From: a bacterium
Lineage (GTDB): Bacteria > Bdellovibrionota_B > Oligoflexia > Oligoflexales > RGVZ01
Assembly (NCBI GenBank): GCA_043757325.1
Contig: JAYVPO010000019.1
Span: 18,624 to 82,623, forward strand
Reading direction: 5' to 3'
DNA: 64,000 bases
Shown here one piece after another: positions 9,351-17,733 of this stretch. A program made the translations under genes and the position numbers. Under the pieces are notes generated by a model, which was given only the letters and a program-made list of their open reading frames with translations, was not told the DNA's origin and made no database searches. Each line of letters begins with the position of its first letter. Position 1 is the first letter of the stretch.

Positions 9351-10172
9351 TTATTTCTGACCGGAAACTTTTAGTTCTGGAGAATTCGAAATTTTGCCGT
9401 AGGTTTTCACAAGATTTTGTAAGTGAAGTGTGGATTTTTTCTCTTGAATTTGCAGAACGCCTTCGAGAACCAGCCGATCGTTTTCAAGAATTTTATCGGC
9501 TTCGATAAGAATCTTCTCTCCCCAAGGCCCGTAAATACAGGTTCCAAGAATCAGTCCGTAGAGAGTTGTGATCATCGCCATGGCCATCCCGCCGCCTAGT
9601 TTAGTTGGATCGTCGAGATGAGAAAGCATGTGAATAAGGCCAAATAAAGTTCCGATCATGCCAACACCTGGACAGAGTTTTGACATGTTTTCAAAAAGAT
9701 TTGCCGCGGTTTGCATGTGCATTTGCTTGGCTTCGATTTTTGCTTCGAGGTTATGCCGGACCTCGTCTGGTTTAAAGTCATTGAGCACAAGCGATAATCC
9801 TTCATTCAGAAAGTCATAACGGACATGCCCACGCACATTGGAAAGTACCCCAAGGCCTTCTTGGCGGACTGCTTTTGAAGCCACAGTCAAAACATGCACA
9901 ATTTCTTTTTGGATCGATTTTTGGTGTTTAAAACTTGCCGAGATTAAAAGCTTCACCCCAAGAAATAAATCTATCAAGGTATGCGATAAAAGCATGACGG
10001 AAGGCGGCATAATACTTAGCATCACAAAAGCATGATCGTCGAAATACCCTGTAAATCCTTTAGCCGGGTGCGACATGACGTACCAAAGCGCATAAATGAT
10101 TCCCGACAGTCCTAAAAGTTGGCTCACGTTGATATTTACCTTGATTGTTAATAAGTATTTTAAGCCATGCAT
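9351..10172 (-). CDS. motA: MotA/TolQ/ExbB-family proton channel
   Basis: 273 aa, four TM segments, conserved PGVGMIGTLFGLIHML and ITTLYGLILG. Directly upstream of motB. Confidence 0.75.
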   Translation of the reverse strand: MHGLKYLLTIKVNINVSQLLGLSGIIYALWYVMSHPAKGFTGYFDDHAFVMLSIMPPSVMLLSHTLIDLFLGVKLLISASFKHQKSIQKEIVHVLTVASKAVRQEGLGVLSNVRGHVRYDFLNEGLSLVLNDFKPDEVRHNLEAKIEAKQMHMQTAANLFENMSKLCPGVGMIGTLFGLIHMLSHLDDPTKLGGGMAMAMITTLYGLILGTCIYGPWGEKILIEADKILENDRLVLEGVLQIQEKKSTLHLQNLVKTYGKISNSPELKVSGQK

Positions 10173-10380
10173 TAAAAATAAGCAGTCAGCAATAATTTCC
10201 TGTTATTAAAAAATCTTAAAATAAAAAATCAATATTATTGACGAGTTAAATTTCTTTTGATAATTTTTGAAATACGTTTTGGTTAACTGTCAAGTGTCCC
10301 TTGGAATTTTCGCGGCTGCCGTTGTAGTCGCAAACGAAAATCTTTGGCCACTGGGCGAACGTTCGAGGGGGTTACGGGCG

Positions 10381-11274
10381 ATGAAACGTGTGGCCGAAAT
10401 TCGCTTTCCGCAGTCAGCGAATCTTTTTCAATTTTGCAAAAAAATATTAGATCACAAATTTGGTAGCATTCGCATCATCGATCAGGATGTGGGGCAGATC
10501 CTTGGCTTTGATCCAGCCGATTGTAGCCATTGGAAAAAAGGCAAAAAAAACGTCCGTTCAATTTATTCAATGAAGGCAATCGCCGAACACCTCGGAATCG
10601 ACGAACAGCTAGTTGTTGATGTGGCAGCGGGTGGTTTGAATGCTGAAGAAGGATTTTTTGAATTTAATGGTTACGGAAATTTTGAGGTCGACCATAAATT
10701 CTTCGAAAATCTTCGCAAAGAAACCATCAAAAAGAACATACCATGGTCAAAAAATTCTGAATCAGAGCTTAAATCTGTCTCCGAGCAAGCCTTCCATAAA
10801 ATTGATGAAATCATCTCAGACATTCATAAATCAATAGATCTTCAAGAAGCGCCCGTTTACTTGCCAGAAATATTCTCGCAAAATCCTGCAATAAAATACC
10901 AGGCTGTAGAAACTTTAAAAAATAAAGACTTAGAGTTTCAAACCACTGCGGGCGGGCTAGAAATCACTTGCCAAAAATCAAACGAAATCCGCCCACATAT
11001 TAGATTCCAGCTTGCACGGACTTTAGCAAAATATTACCTGCGCGACGTGCTGAAAGAGACCGAAACCCAGCATAAAGAACTTAGCAGCCGGCTCAACGAA
11101 ATTTATTGCAATCAGTTTGGTGCACGGCTTTTAACCCCAAAGTTTCTCATTCAGAAAGAAATTCAATCAGTTGATATTAGTAAAGACATTGTACTGCAGC
11201 TTAGTGAACGATTTTGGGTGTCCAAGCATTTCTTAAATCGCCGTCTTAAAGAAGCTCTGCAAAACTTAAGTTAA
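10381..11274 (+). CDS. Hypothetical protein with N-terminal HTH-like segment
   Basis: The preferred start is ATG 10381, with GAGGGGG 9 nt upstream, rather than the ORF-track TTG at 10267. QDVGQILGFDPADCSHWKKGKKNVRS resembles an XRE-type HTH. Confidence 0.6.
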   Translation: MKRVAEIRFPQSANLFQFCKKILDHKFGSIRIIDQDVGQILGFDPADCSHWKKGKKNVRSIYSMKAIAEHLGIDEQLVVDVAAGGLNAEEGFFEFNGYGNFEVDHKFFENLRKETIKKNIPWSKNSESELKSVSEQAFHKIDEIISDIHKSIDLQEAPVYLPEIFSQNPAIKYQAVETLKNKDLEFQTTAGGLEITCQKSNEIRPHIRFQLARTLAKYYLRDVLKETETQHKELSSRLNEIYCNQFGARLLTPKFLIQKEIQSVDISKDIVLQLSERFWVSKHFLNRRLKEALQNLS

Positions 11275-11341
11275 TCCTAGATTTCGGCCTATATTGGAAA
11301 TTTTGCTCACGCTAAAACGCCGTGATTTTTTTGATTTGGAT

Positions 11342-12268
11342 TTAAAAAAGTGGTTTTCCATTTGGCATGGAAATCCACACACTATCTGTCACTTCAACCG
11401 GTTTTAAAGTGCTTTTTAAAAGCGTCTTAGAAATTATTTCGGGGTCGTACTCGCGCTTGCGGCATTTTTCCACTCGGTAAATCTTTGAATGAAAAGTTAT
11501 CATTTTTCCTTCTAGACCTTTGCATGCTTCATTGATAGAAATTATATCAACAGAAGACTTATAAGGGCTTTCTACGTTTTCTTTCCGGTCAATGGTTGAA
11601 GAAAAAGGACTTCCGTCTTTAATCCGGGCAAGCTCTTCCGGGGTAAGGATAGTTAGTTCCATTTTTTTGCCTTTTTTACGGGCGTGATCAGAAAAAGTTT
11701 CGTAGTCGGGAAGCAGTCTTTTGCTGCAGTTTTCAATATAATAAATTTCAGTGCTTGAATATGTCACATATTGAGAAGCCACATCTTTGCATGTTCTTTT
11801 TCCGCTATTTTTGACTGTTGACTCGATGGGCTTTCCACTGCCTATCGCAGCGAGATTTCGGGGGTCAACTTCCGTGATTTTAACACCGGATCTTTGGAGC
11901 TGAAAAATAATTTCCGAATCTGCAATCAAGCGCCGCTGGCAGTTTTCAATTTTGAATATTTCGCCAAAAATGGAAATAAATGAGCCGTTGTACTTGCCAC
12001 AAATTTTTCGTCGTTCGGAGTCTGAAAAAGTTTTGACAACAGTTACTGTCCGATCTTTTGGAAAATGAATGACGTTTTCGTCTTCAGCGCCACCGGCGGG
12101 ATTTGATTTTTTTGGTTCGTAGGTGCTTCCCGAATCGACAGCAGGAGGTGCTGAGAAATCATTTGGTTCATCAAAATCATTTTGGGCTTGTCCGGAAAAC
12201 GAAAAGAAACCAAGCAGGGAAAGCAAAGCTAGGTTTATGTAAAAGCGTATTTTATTAGTTAAAAGCAA
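11342..12268 (-). CDS. Secreted protein with three tandem Cys-pair domains
   Basis: Signal peptide. Three repeats of about 70 aa, each C-x(15-20)-(I/V)ExC-(Q/S/R)(R/K)R ... G(K/S)P. AGGAGA upstream of a TTG start. Confidence 0.75.
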   Translation of the reverse strand: MLLTNKIRFYINLALLSLLGFFSFSGQAQNDFDEPNDFSAPPAVDSGSTYEPKKSNPAGGAEDENVIHFPKDRTVTVVKTFSDSERRKICGKYNGSFISIFGEIFKIENCQRRLIADSEIIFQLQRSGVKITEVDPRNLAAIGSGKPIESTVKNSGKRTCKDVASQYVTYSSTEIYYIENCSKRLLPDYETFSDHARKKGKKMELTILTPEELARIKDGSPFSSTIDRKENVESPYKSSVDIISINEACKGLEGKMITFHSKIYRVEKCRKREYDPEIISKTLLKSTLKPVEVTDSVWISMPNGKPLF

Positions 12269-12394
12269 GGTTCTTCTATTCTCCTAGGATCTTCTTCGGC
12301 ATTTTCACAAGGCCTCTTAGGAAAAAGGCCTTATATGAGTAAAAATGTCAATGATTATCGCGAGAAAGCTTTTTATTCGATCGAGATCAATCGC

Positions 12395-12883
12395 TTATTT
12401 AATGCTAGCAACTTGATCTTTTTTCTGAAAATGTGCCGCGATTTTCTTGCGCTTATGGTGTTTCTTTTTATGGGCATAATGATGACCATGCTTATGCTTT
12501 TTATGTTTAGCATATTTATGGCCACGGTGTTTTTTGTGTTTTTTAGCAAACTTTTTAGAATGCTTACCATGAGATTTTTTAGTTATTTTCTTTTCAGAAC
12601 CAAAGAAACTCTTTGCACTGTCGACAATTTTGTCTTTTGATTTAAAAGAGTTTAAAAACGCTGGAGAACTTGCTGGCGTTTTATCTGCTACTGGATAATC
12701 TCGAACGACCGGCGTACTTGCTCTACGAGAATACGTATTATTCGAATCACCGCTAGATTTGAATCCATAGATCCCCGCGGCCGTTACCGTTCCGAGACCT
12801 AAAACAGAAATTAAAATAAGCTTTAATTTACTTTTCGCTTCGGGCTTTTTATAGCTTTCATACATCGTTTTAATCGTTTTCAT
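12395..12883 (-). CDS. Membrane-anchored Lys/His-rich protein
   Basis: Start at MKTIK (AGGAG 7 nt upstream). One TM segment (LILISVLGLGTVTAAGIYGF). C-terminal about 60 aa is almost only K/H (HGKHSKKFAKKHKKHRGHKYAKHKKHKHGHHYAHKKKHHKRKK). Confidence 0.75.
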   Translation of the reverse strand: MKTIKTMYESYKKPEAKSKLKLILISVLGLGTVTAAGIYGFKSSGDSNNTYSRRASTPVVRDYPVADKTPASSPAFLNSFKSKDKIVDSAKSFFGSEKKITKKSHGKHSKKFAKKHKKHRGHKYAKHKKHKHGHHYAHKKKHHKRKKIAAHFQKKDQVASIK

Positions 12884-12951
12884 TTTCAACTCCTGATTGT
12901 GATTCATCTGCAACAACTTCCAGCTTTTGATTTGCTGGTTACTCTTATTAA

Positions 12952-12967
12952 AGCAATGCGCGTACCA
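12952..12967 (-). promoter_or_regulatory. Sigma-54 (-24/-12) promoter candidate for the Lys/His-rich protein gene
   Basis: The minus strand reads TGGTACG-CGCA-TTGCT against the consensus TGGCACG-N4-TTGCW, with correct GG-N10-GC spacing, about 70 nt upstream of the ATG. Confidence 0.55.
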
Positions 12968-13053
12968 AATGTTAGTTGTGAATTATTCGGGACTTACGTT
13001 TTTGAAATGTGAATGGGTTACGACAAGTGTCAAAATTTTTGACAGATAAGACA

Positions 13054-13084
13054 TAAAAAAAGCCGCAGAATCTGCGGCTTTTTC
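13054..13084 (-). terminator. Rho-independent terminator (bidirectional-looking)
   Basis: agccgca/tgcggct stem flanked by an A7 run on the + strand (T7 on the minus strand). Sits 20 nt downstream of the stop of the 13100-13849 gene. Confidence 0.8.
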
Positions 13085-13099
13085 GTTTAATATCATCAG

Positions 13100-13849
13100 T
13101 TAGCTGTCAATCGACCAGGCGCTGTTTCCCATATCTTTGTCACCCTTCCAATTTGACATGCCCATTTCGATTTGAACTTCAACATCTGTATCTGATCCGT
13201 TTCCTGGAGGATTTGCTGGTGGATTCGTACCACCGCCTCCTGGAGGATTTGCTGGAGGTTTTGTACCGCCACCGCCACCTGGAGGATTTGCTGGAGGTTT
13301 TGTGCCACCACCGCCTCCTGGAGGATTCGGTCCACTGCCACCTGAGCAAGGAACAACTTTGCTAAATTCGACTGTAATTCTTAGGCTTGAAATCATCTGA
13401 GAATCTTCAAAACAAAGGACGGGTTGAGAATTTGCTGAAATCTGCAAAGTGAATTTAGTCGTTTTATTTTGAGTTAACCCTTGAATCTTTCCAAGAAGGA
13501 TAGAACTAGCAGATTTTTCCAAGGTGTTACTTGTTGTCGTTGCACCGGAATCGTTTGAGGCAAAGGTATAACTTAAAGCCGCTTGCTGGATGTTTGCTGG
13601 TATAGCTGCGGATAAGACAGTAGGCGAAATCCGGCCTTCAGCAACGGCCGTAAGTTTAGAGTTCGGACCGCTTGGATCGCCTCCGGGTCCAGGCTTAATT
13701 CCATTACCAGGCCCTCCAGGAAGTCCAGATCCGGAATCGGGTTTTTTTGCTGGCGAATTGTTTTCGACTGTTGGACTTTTCTGTACGCACGACAAAAGTG
13801 ACGACGCAATAAAAGCAAGACCAAACCATTGATTGATTGAGCGATTCAT
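13100..13849 (-). CDS. Lipoprotein with C-terminal Gly/Pro repeats
   Basis: Signal peptide with lipobox LLSC. C-terminal PNPPGGGGGTKPPANPPGGGGGTKPPANPPGGGGTNPPANPP. Confidence 0.8.
   Translation of the reverse strand: MNRSINQWFGLAFIASSLLSCVQKSPTVENNSPAKKPDSGSGLPGGPGNGIKPGPGGDPSGPNSKLTAVAEGRISPTVLSAAIPANIQQAALSYTFASNDSGATTTSNTLEKSASSILLGKIQGLTQNKTTKFTLQISANSQPVLCFEDSQMISSLRITVEFSKVVPCSGGSGPNPPGGGGGTKPPANPPGGGGGTKPPANPPGGGGTNPPANPPGNGSDTDVEVQIEMGMSNWKGDKDMGNSAWSIDS
13205..13329. repeat. Tandem 36-39 bp repeat (about 3.3 units) inside the lipoprotein gene
   Basis: Units tggaggatttgctgg(a/t)gg(a/t)tt(c/t)gt(a/g)cc(gcc)accgcc(t/a)cc encode the GGGGTKPPANPP repeat. Confidence 0.85.
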
Positions 13850-13895
13850 AATTTAAGCCCTCATAAAATCTATAAACGACATTTTCTTTAGTATT

Positions 13896-13911
13896 TGCAA
13901 AAACGAGGCCC
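13896..13911 (-). promoter_or_regulatory. Weaker sigma-54-type promoter candidate for the Gly/Pro lipoprotein gene
   Basis: The minus strand reads gGGCctc-gttt-TTGCA. GG-N10-GC spacing is correct and the -12 TTGCA is perfect. The -24 box is only GGC. About 47 nt upstream of the ATG. Confidence 0.3.
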
Positions 13912-13978
13912 GCTATAACCCTCTACAACCTTTACCAAAACACCGTTAAAAAGCGGCTAAAGCTTAGACACTGTCGAC

Positions 13979-14848
13979 TTATGTGATTGTCGGTTGAGCC
14001 GCGAGACTATTATATGAGGCCAAATGTCCTGCTGTTCTTAACCCTAAATGCGCCATTACCTGATCGAGGGTTTTTCCTTGGCGAAATTGGTGACCGATAG
14101 CGTGTGATCGAAGTTCTTCGGTATTGAGTTTTTTAATTTCGCAATGATCACCAAGTTCATAGAGCGTAAACTTCACACCGTGTCTGGTTAAAGAAGTTAG
14201 ATGAACCGAAGAATGCTTGCCTTTAAATGCAATAAAAACATTTCCCGTGGATGAATACTTTCCGCATTCTTGAAACGTCGAGCGATAGTGTCGGAGTTGG
14301 GTAATGGTTTCGGAGCTCAAAATCAGCGTTCGAGGTCGCTGGCCTTTAATGCGAAGACTACCTTCGAAGCCAGACATTACAAGCTGTGACCAGGTTAGTT
14401 CCACAAGCTCACTCGCCTTTACCCCTTCCAACCCAAGTAAACATAATAAAGCCTGATCGCGCGCTGCTTTGAGACTAGAAAGTTGCGATTGGGCCGCAGC
14501 CATTAATTTTTCAAAAACTTCTTGATTGACCGAGATGCGTTTTTGTTCGGCACGATTTGGGATAACGACATGGGATGTGGGATTTTCGTTAACGTCACCT
14601 TGCACAATTAAAAATCGATAGAATTGCCTTAGACCAAGCAAAGCGCGCCGTGCAGAATTTATTTTTCCTGAGGAAAGTCTTGCCAACACAAATTCCGAAA
14701 CCGATTCCGCCGCCACAGCAAAAAAATTAAGTTTATGCGCGGTACAAAATTCTAGAAAAAGCTTTGTGTCACTGATGTAGGCTTCGCAAGTTGCGTCGGA
14801 TTTCCCGTGCGACTTAAGAAAAATTTTAAATTGAATTAAGTTTTCCAT
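13979..14848 (-). CDS. Tyrosine-recombinase (XerC/D, phage-integrase) family protein, catalytic motifs apparently degenerate
   Basis: SAM-like N-domain (FKIFLKSHGKSDATCEAYISDTKLFLEF) and a C-terminal ELRSHAIGHQF...AHLGLRTAGHLASY. Start taken at ATG 14848 (MENLIQF). Confidence 0.7.
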   Translation of the reverse strand: MENLIQFKIFLKSHGKSDATCEAYISDTKLFLEFCTAHKLNFFAVAAESVSEFVLARLSSGKINSARRALLGLRQFYRFLIVQGDVNENPTSHVVIPNRAEQKRISVNQEVFEKLMAAAQSQLSSLKAARDQALLCLLGLEGVKASELVELTWSQLVMSGFEGSLRIKGQRPRTLILSSETITQLRHYRSTFQECGKYSSTGNVFIAFKGKHSSVHLTSLTRHGVKFTLYELGDHCEIKKLNTEELRSHAIGHQFRQGKTLDQVMAHLGLRTAGHLASYNSLAAQPTIT

Positions 14849-14871
14849 TTTTTTAATGTTATCATAAAATA

Positions 14872-15477
14872 ATGCTTCACCGCCTAATTTTATTTTTTGT
14901 TGTTGTCTCAACCTCAAGTTTTGCTAGAGGTAGATCTTGCAAACTCATTTTTGAAGTCAACAAAACCAAAAGGGAAATCACAACCTCGGACACTTTGACT
15001 CTTTATCGCGGCGATCTTGTAAAACTAATAAAAACCTCACACTGTGGGTCTGATATGGTTTTTGAGTTTGTTGGTTTGAAACGCGATACTGAAAATCAAC
15101 CGCCGGTAAATGACCTTAATAACTTAATCGATACTGCCTATGCCTTTTCTGATGGAATTTATGCGCAAGGTAAATTTCAAATTTTTATGCGCAACTCTGC
15201 CGCCGAACTGAAAAGTCAAATTCAAGGTACGCTTTCAGAACCGGAGCTACACTATGCCGTGCTAACAACATCAGGAAGCGAAAGAATCGTAAGAAACGGC
15301 GATGTCATTGAGTTAATGGCGAAGCAAAAACTAAAAGTCTCACGGGTCGAAACAAATTTGACCGAAAAAAAGTTAATCAACGTGGAATTTAAAAACACGG
15401 GCCATTCAAACCGCGTTCAGTTGTTTGTAAAATATCAAAATTTTAAATTTGCAACTATTGAAACTCGGATCCGCTAA
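14872..15477 (+). CDS. Secreted hypothetical protein
   Basis: Signal peptide MLHRLILFFVVVSTSSFA. Its stop lies 2 nt before the start of the following kinase gene. Confidence 0.6.
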   Translation: MLHRLILFFVVVSTSSFARGRSCKLIFEVNKTKREITTSDTLTLYRGDLVKLIKTSHCGSDMVFEFVGLKRDTENQPPVNDLNNLIDTAYAFSDGIYAQGKFQIFMRNSAAELKSQIQGTLSEPELHYAVLTTSGSERIVRNGDVIELMAKQKLKVSRVETNLTEKKLINVEFKNTGHSNRVQLFVKYQNFKFATIETRIR

Positions 15478-15479
15478 GA

Positions 15480-17720
15480 ATGAGCTCAAAAGTTGCTCGC
15501 CGCCGCCGGATCATTCAACTTATAATCTCAATCGCAGCCATTACTTTTTTTGTGTTAATTTCCAGGTTAGAAGTTAGACTTTTTCAACTTGCTGAACTTT
15601 TGGCCCAAGAAAGAAATTTCATAGCCACAGTGATATACTTTGGCAGTATCAACTTAAATGTTGTTATAGTCTTACTTCTTTCACTACTTATTTTGCGCAA
15701 CTTGGCAAAGCTTTTTCTGGAGAGAAAACGCGGGGTATTTGGCTCGCGTCTGCGCACAAAAATTTCGATGGTTTTGGTGATTTTTACGATCGCACCGTCT
15801 GCCATATTGTTCTATGTGTCCACATCTTTTGTGTCCAAAAGTTTTGACTCGTGGGTTAATAACCGACTAAAAACTCTTATTCGTGAAACGCAAAACACAA
15901 GTTTAAAAATCTTCTCCCAGGATCAAAAAAGACTCGAGTCCATCGCACGTTCCGCCGCAACCAAAATCGAATGCCAAGATGAGTTGTTCACTACCCCTAC
16001 TTGCAATTTGCAAAGCCTGCATTCATTGGGTCAAGATTATAATTTGTATAAAACTGTTTTTTTCCGGCCAGATGGCACGATTTCTTACACTTCAAAAACT
16101 GATTCGATAGATATCGGCTATTCCGAAGTAGAATTTGTTCAAGAAATTATTCCTTATTTTACAGGTAGTGATCCAAGTGACTCATTTTCCACAATCGAAT
16201 CACAGCCCGACCTTGATAGTGCGGCGGCCCTGATTCCGGTTTATTCAAAAACCGGCCAGCTTGGCGGCGTTTTACTTTTACGCGAAAAATTCGAATCAGG
16301 AATCTTAAGAAACATCGAAAATACGCTTACTGGAATAGCCAATTTGAAGCCCGCTTCGCAGACCGTAAAACTTGGGTTTTTTGTTCTTCTGGCCATGATG
16401 ATCTTATTGATTGTTTTTGCGGCGATTTGGTTAGCGCTTGGCATTGCTCGCGGTATTACGCAGCCTTTAAGAAGCCTTGCAGAAGCAACCGTAAAAGTCG
16501 CGGCCGGCGACTACTCGTTTTTTCTAACACCTCAGTCAGAAGACGAAACCGGAAGCCTAGTAAGGTCGTTTAATAAAATGGTAACAGACCTGAGACAGCA
16601 CCGCGATCTTGTGGAACATTCGCGTTTAAAGCTTGAGATAACCAACCACGAACTTGAAGGGCGCAACCAATTTATTGAAGTTATCATGCAAAATGTTTCG
16701 GCAGGGGTGATCGCCTTTGATGCAACCGAAAGCATCACTTTAATAAATATTGAGGCCCAAAATATTTTAAAGATTCCTGAAGCAACCTACGTGGGCAAAA
16801 CGTTAAGCCAGCTTTTTTCGCAAGGTTCCTTAAAAAAACTACGCGAACTATGGAGGACGGACCCATCGAGTCCTTCGGCTCTAAAAAATAGTGCAAAAGA
16901 AATTAGCATTGAGGTCGCGACGGTGACTTTGAACTTAATTGTCCGCATCACTCACCTGCGCGGCATGTCAGACCAAGATTTTGGCAAAATTATGGTTTTT
17001 GAAGATGCCACCGAAAAACTGCAATTTCAACGAATGGTGGCATGGAAAGAAGTCGCGCAAAGAATTGCGCACGAAATTAAAAACCCCGTCACTCCCATTC
17101 GTTTAAATGCCGAACGACTGCAAAAAAAATATAGCGGTCGATTTGTCAACGAAGATAAAGAAATTTTTGATAAATGTTTGACGTCAATTTTAAACCAAGT
17201 GGACTCGCTTAAAGACCTCGTAAATGCCTTTGCAAATTTTTCGAAGCTTCCGTCTGCAAATTTTGTTACCTTGGATATCAGTAAATTGTTGATGCAAAGT
17301 TTAGAGACCCTAGGGCTTTTAGAATCTCAAATCGATATCAAGATTTGTAAAGGCGAAGCACTTGTTTTGGGAGATAAAGAGCAATTACTGAGGGTTTTTT
17401 TAAATGTTCTATCAAATTCACTCGAAGCTTTTAAACAGGCAACGGCAAACAATAAGTCTGGAAATCTAAAAATTACCGTAGAAACAAAAATTATTTCCGA
17501 AAAAAATCGTGTTACCATTCTATTTGCCGATAATGGACCAGGCATCCCGCAGAATCTTTTAAGTCGGATTATCGAACCGTACTTTTCTACTAAAGTGCAT
17601 GGAACGGGTCTTGGACTCGCCATAGTGGATCAAATTATCATGGAACATAAAGGCAGGTTAGAAATTAAAAATAATGCACAAGGCGGAGCTTGCGTTGTGA
17701 TTGAATTACCGCTCGTATAA
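15480..17720 (+). CDS. NtrY-like sensor histidine kinase (multi-TM, HAMP, PAS, HisKA, HATPase)
   Basis: H-box AHEIKNPVTPI, N/G boxes LSNSLEAF and DNGPGI...GTGLGLAIV, HAMP-like segment after the TM helices. Confidence 0.9.
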   Translation: MSSKVARRRRIIQLIISIAAITFFVLISRLEVRLFQLAELLAQERNFIATVIYFGSINLNVVIVLLLSLLILRNLAKLFLERKRGVFGSRLRTKISMVLVIFTIAPSAILFYVSTSFVSKSFDSWVNNRLKTLIRETQNTSLKIFSQDQKRLESIARSAATKIECQDELFTTPTCNLQSLHSLGQDYNLYKTVFFRPDGTISYTSKTDSIDIGYSEVEFVQEIIPYFTGSDPSDSFSTIESQPDLDSAAALIPVYSKTGQLGGVLLLREKFESGILRNIENTLTGIANLKPASQTVKLGFFVLLAMMILLIVFAAIWLALGIARGITQPLRSLAEATVKVAAGDYSFFLTPQSEDETGSLVRSFNKMVTDLRQHRDLVEHSRLKLEITNHELEGRNQFIEVIMQNVSAGVIAFDATESITLINIEAQNILKIPEATYVGKTLSQLFSQGSLKKLRELWRTDPSSPSALKNSAKEISIEVATVTLNLIVRITHLRGMSDQDFGKIMVFEDATEKLQFQRMVAWKEVAQRIAHEIKNPVTPIRLNAERLQKKYSGRFVNEDKEIFDKCLTSILNQVDSLKDLVNAFANFSKLPSANFVTLDISKLLMQSLETLGLLESQIDIKICKGEALVLGDKEQLLRVFLNVLSNSLEAFKQATANNKSGNLKITVETKIISEKNRVTILFADNGPGIPQNLLSRIIEPYFSTKVHGTGLGLAIVDQIIMEHKGRLEIKNNAQGGACVVIELPLV

Positions 17721-17733
17721 GCTGGAGAAGATA

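Noticed and set aside
8672-10172. The MotA/MotB-like pair could be a Zorya-type anti-phage system or the AglRQS gliding motor.
   Set aside because: The MotA homolog is an ordinary 273 aa with no long ZorA tail. No zorC/zorD-like genes are adjacent. The MotB homolog carries a standard OmpA-like peptidoglycan-binding domain, unlike AglQ/S. It is most simply a flagellar-type stator pair.
12335-12640. A 101-codon + strand ORF (hydrophobic, Phe/Met/Leu-rich) lies opposite the Lys/His-rich gene.
   Set aside because: It is the mirror image of the AAG/CAT-rich coding strand, where TTT/ATG/CTT codons arise automatically. The minus-strand gene has the RBS, the TM anchor and the sigma-54 promoter.
13096-13849. 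ORFs 13096-13356(-), 13153-13365(+), 13573-13824(-) and 13590-13832(+) overlap the Gly/Pro lipoprotein gene.
   Set aside because: They are generated by the GC-rich repeat region in alternative frames. Only the 13100-13849 frame has a signal peptide/lipobox and a downstream terminator.
13979-14848. The tyrosine recombinase could mark a prophage or integrative island.
   Set aside because: There is no adjacent tRNA/att-like direct repeat and no phage, conjugation or cargo genes. The flanking genes are a lipoprotein and a two-component operon. The recombinase motifs look degenerate.
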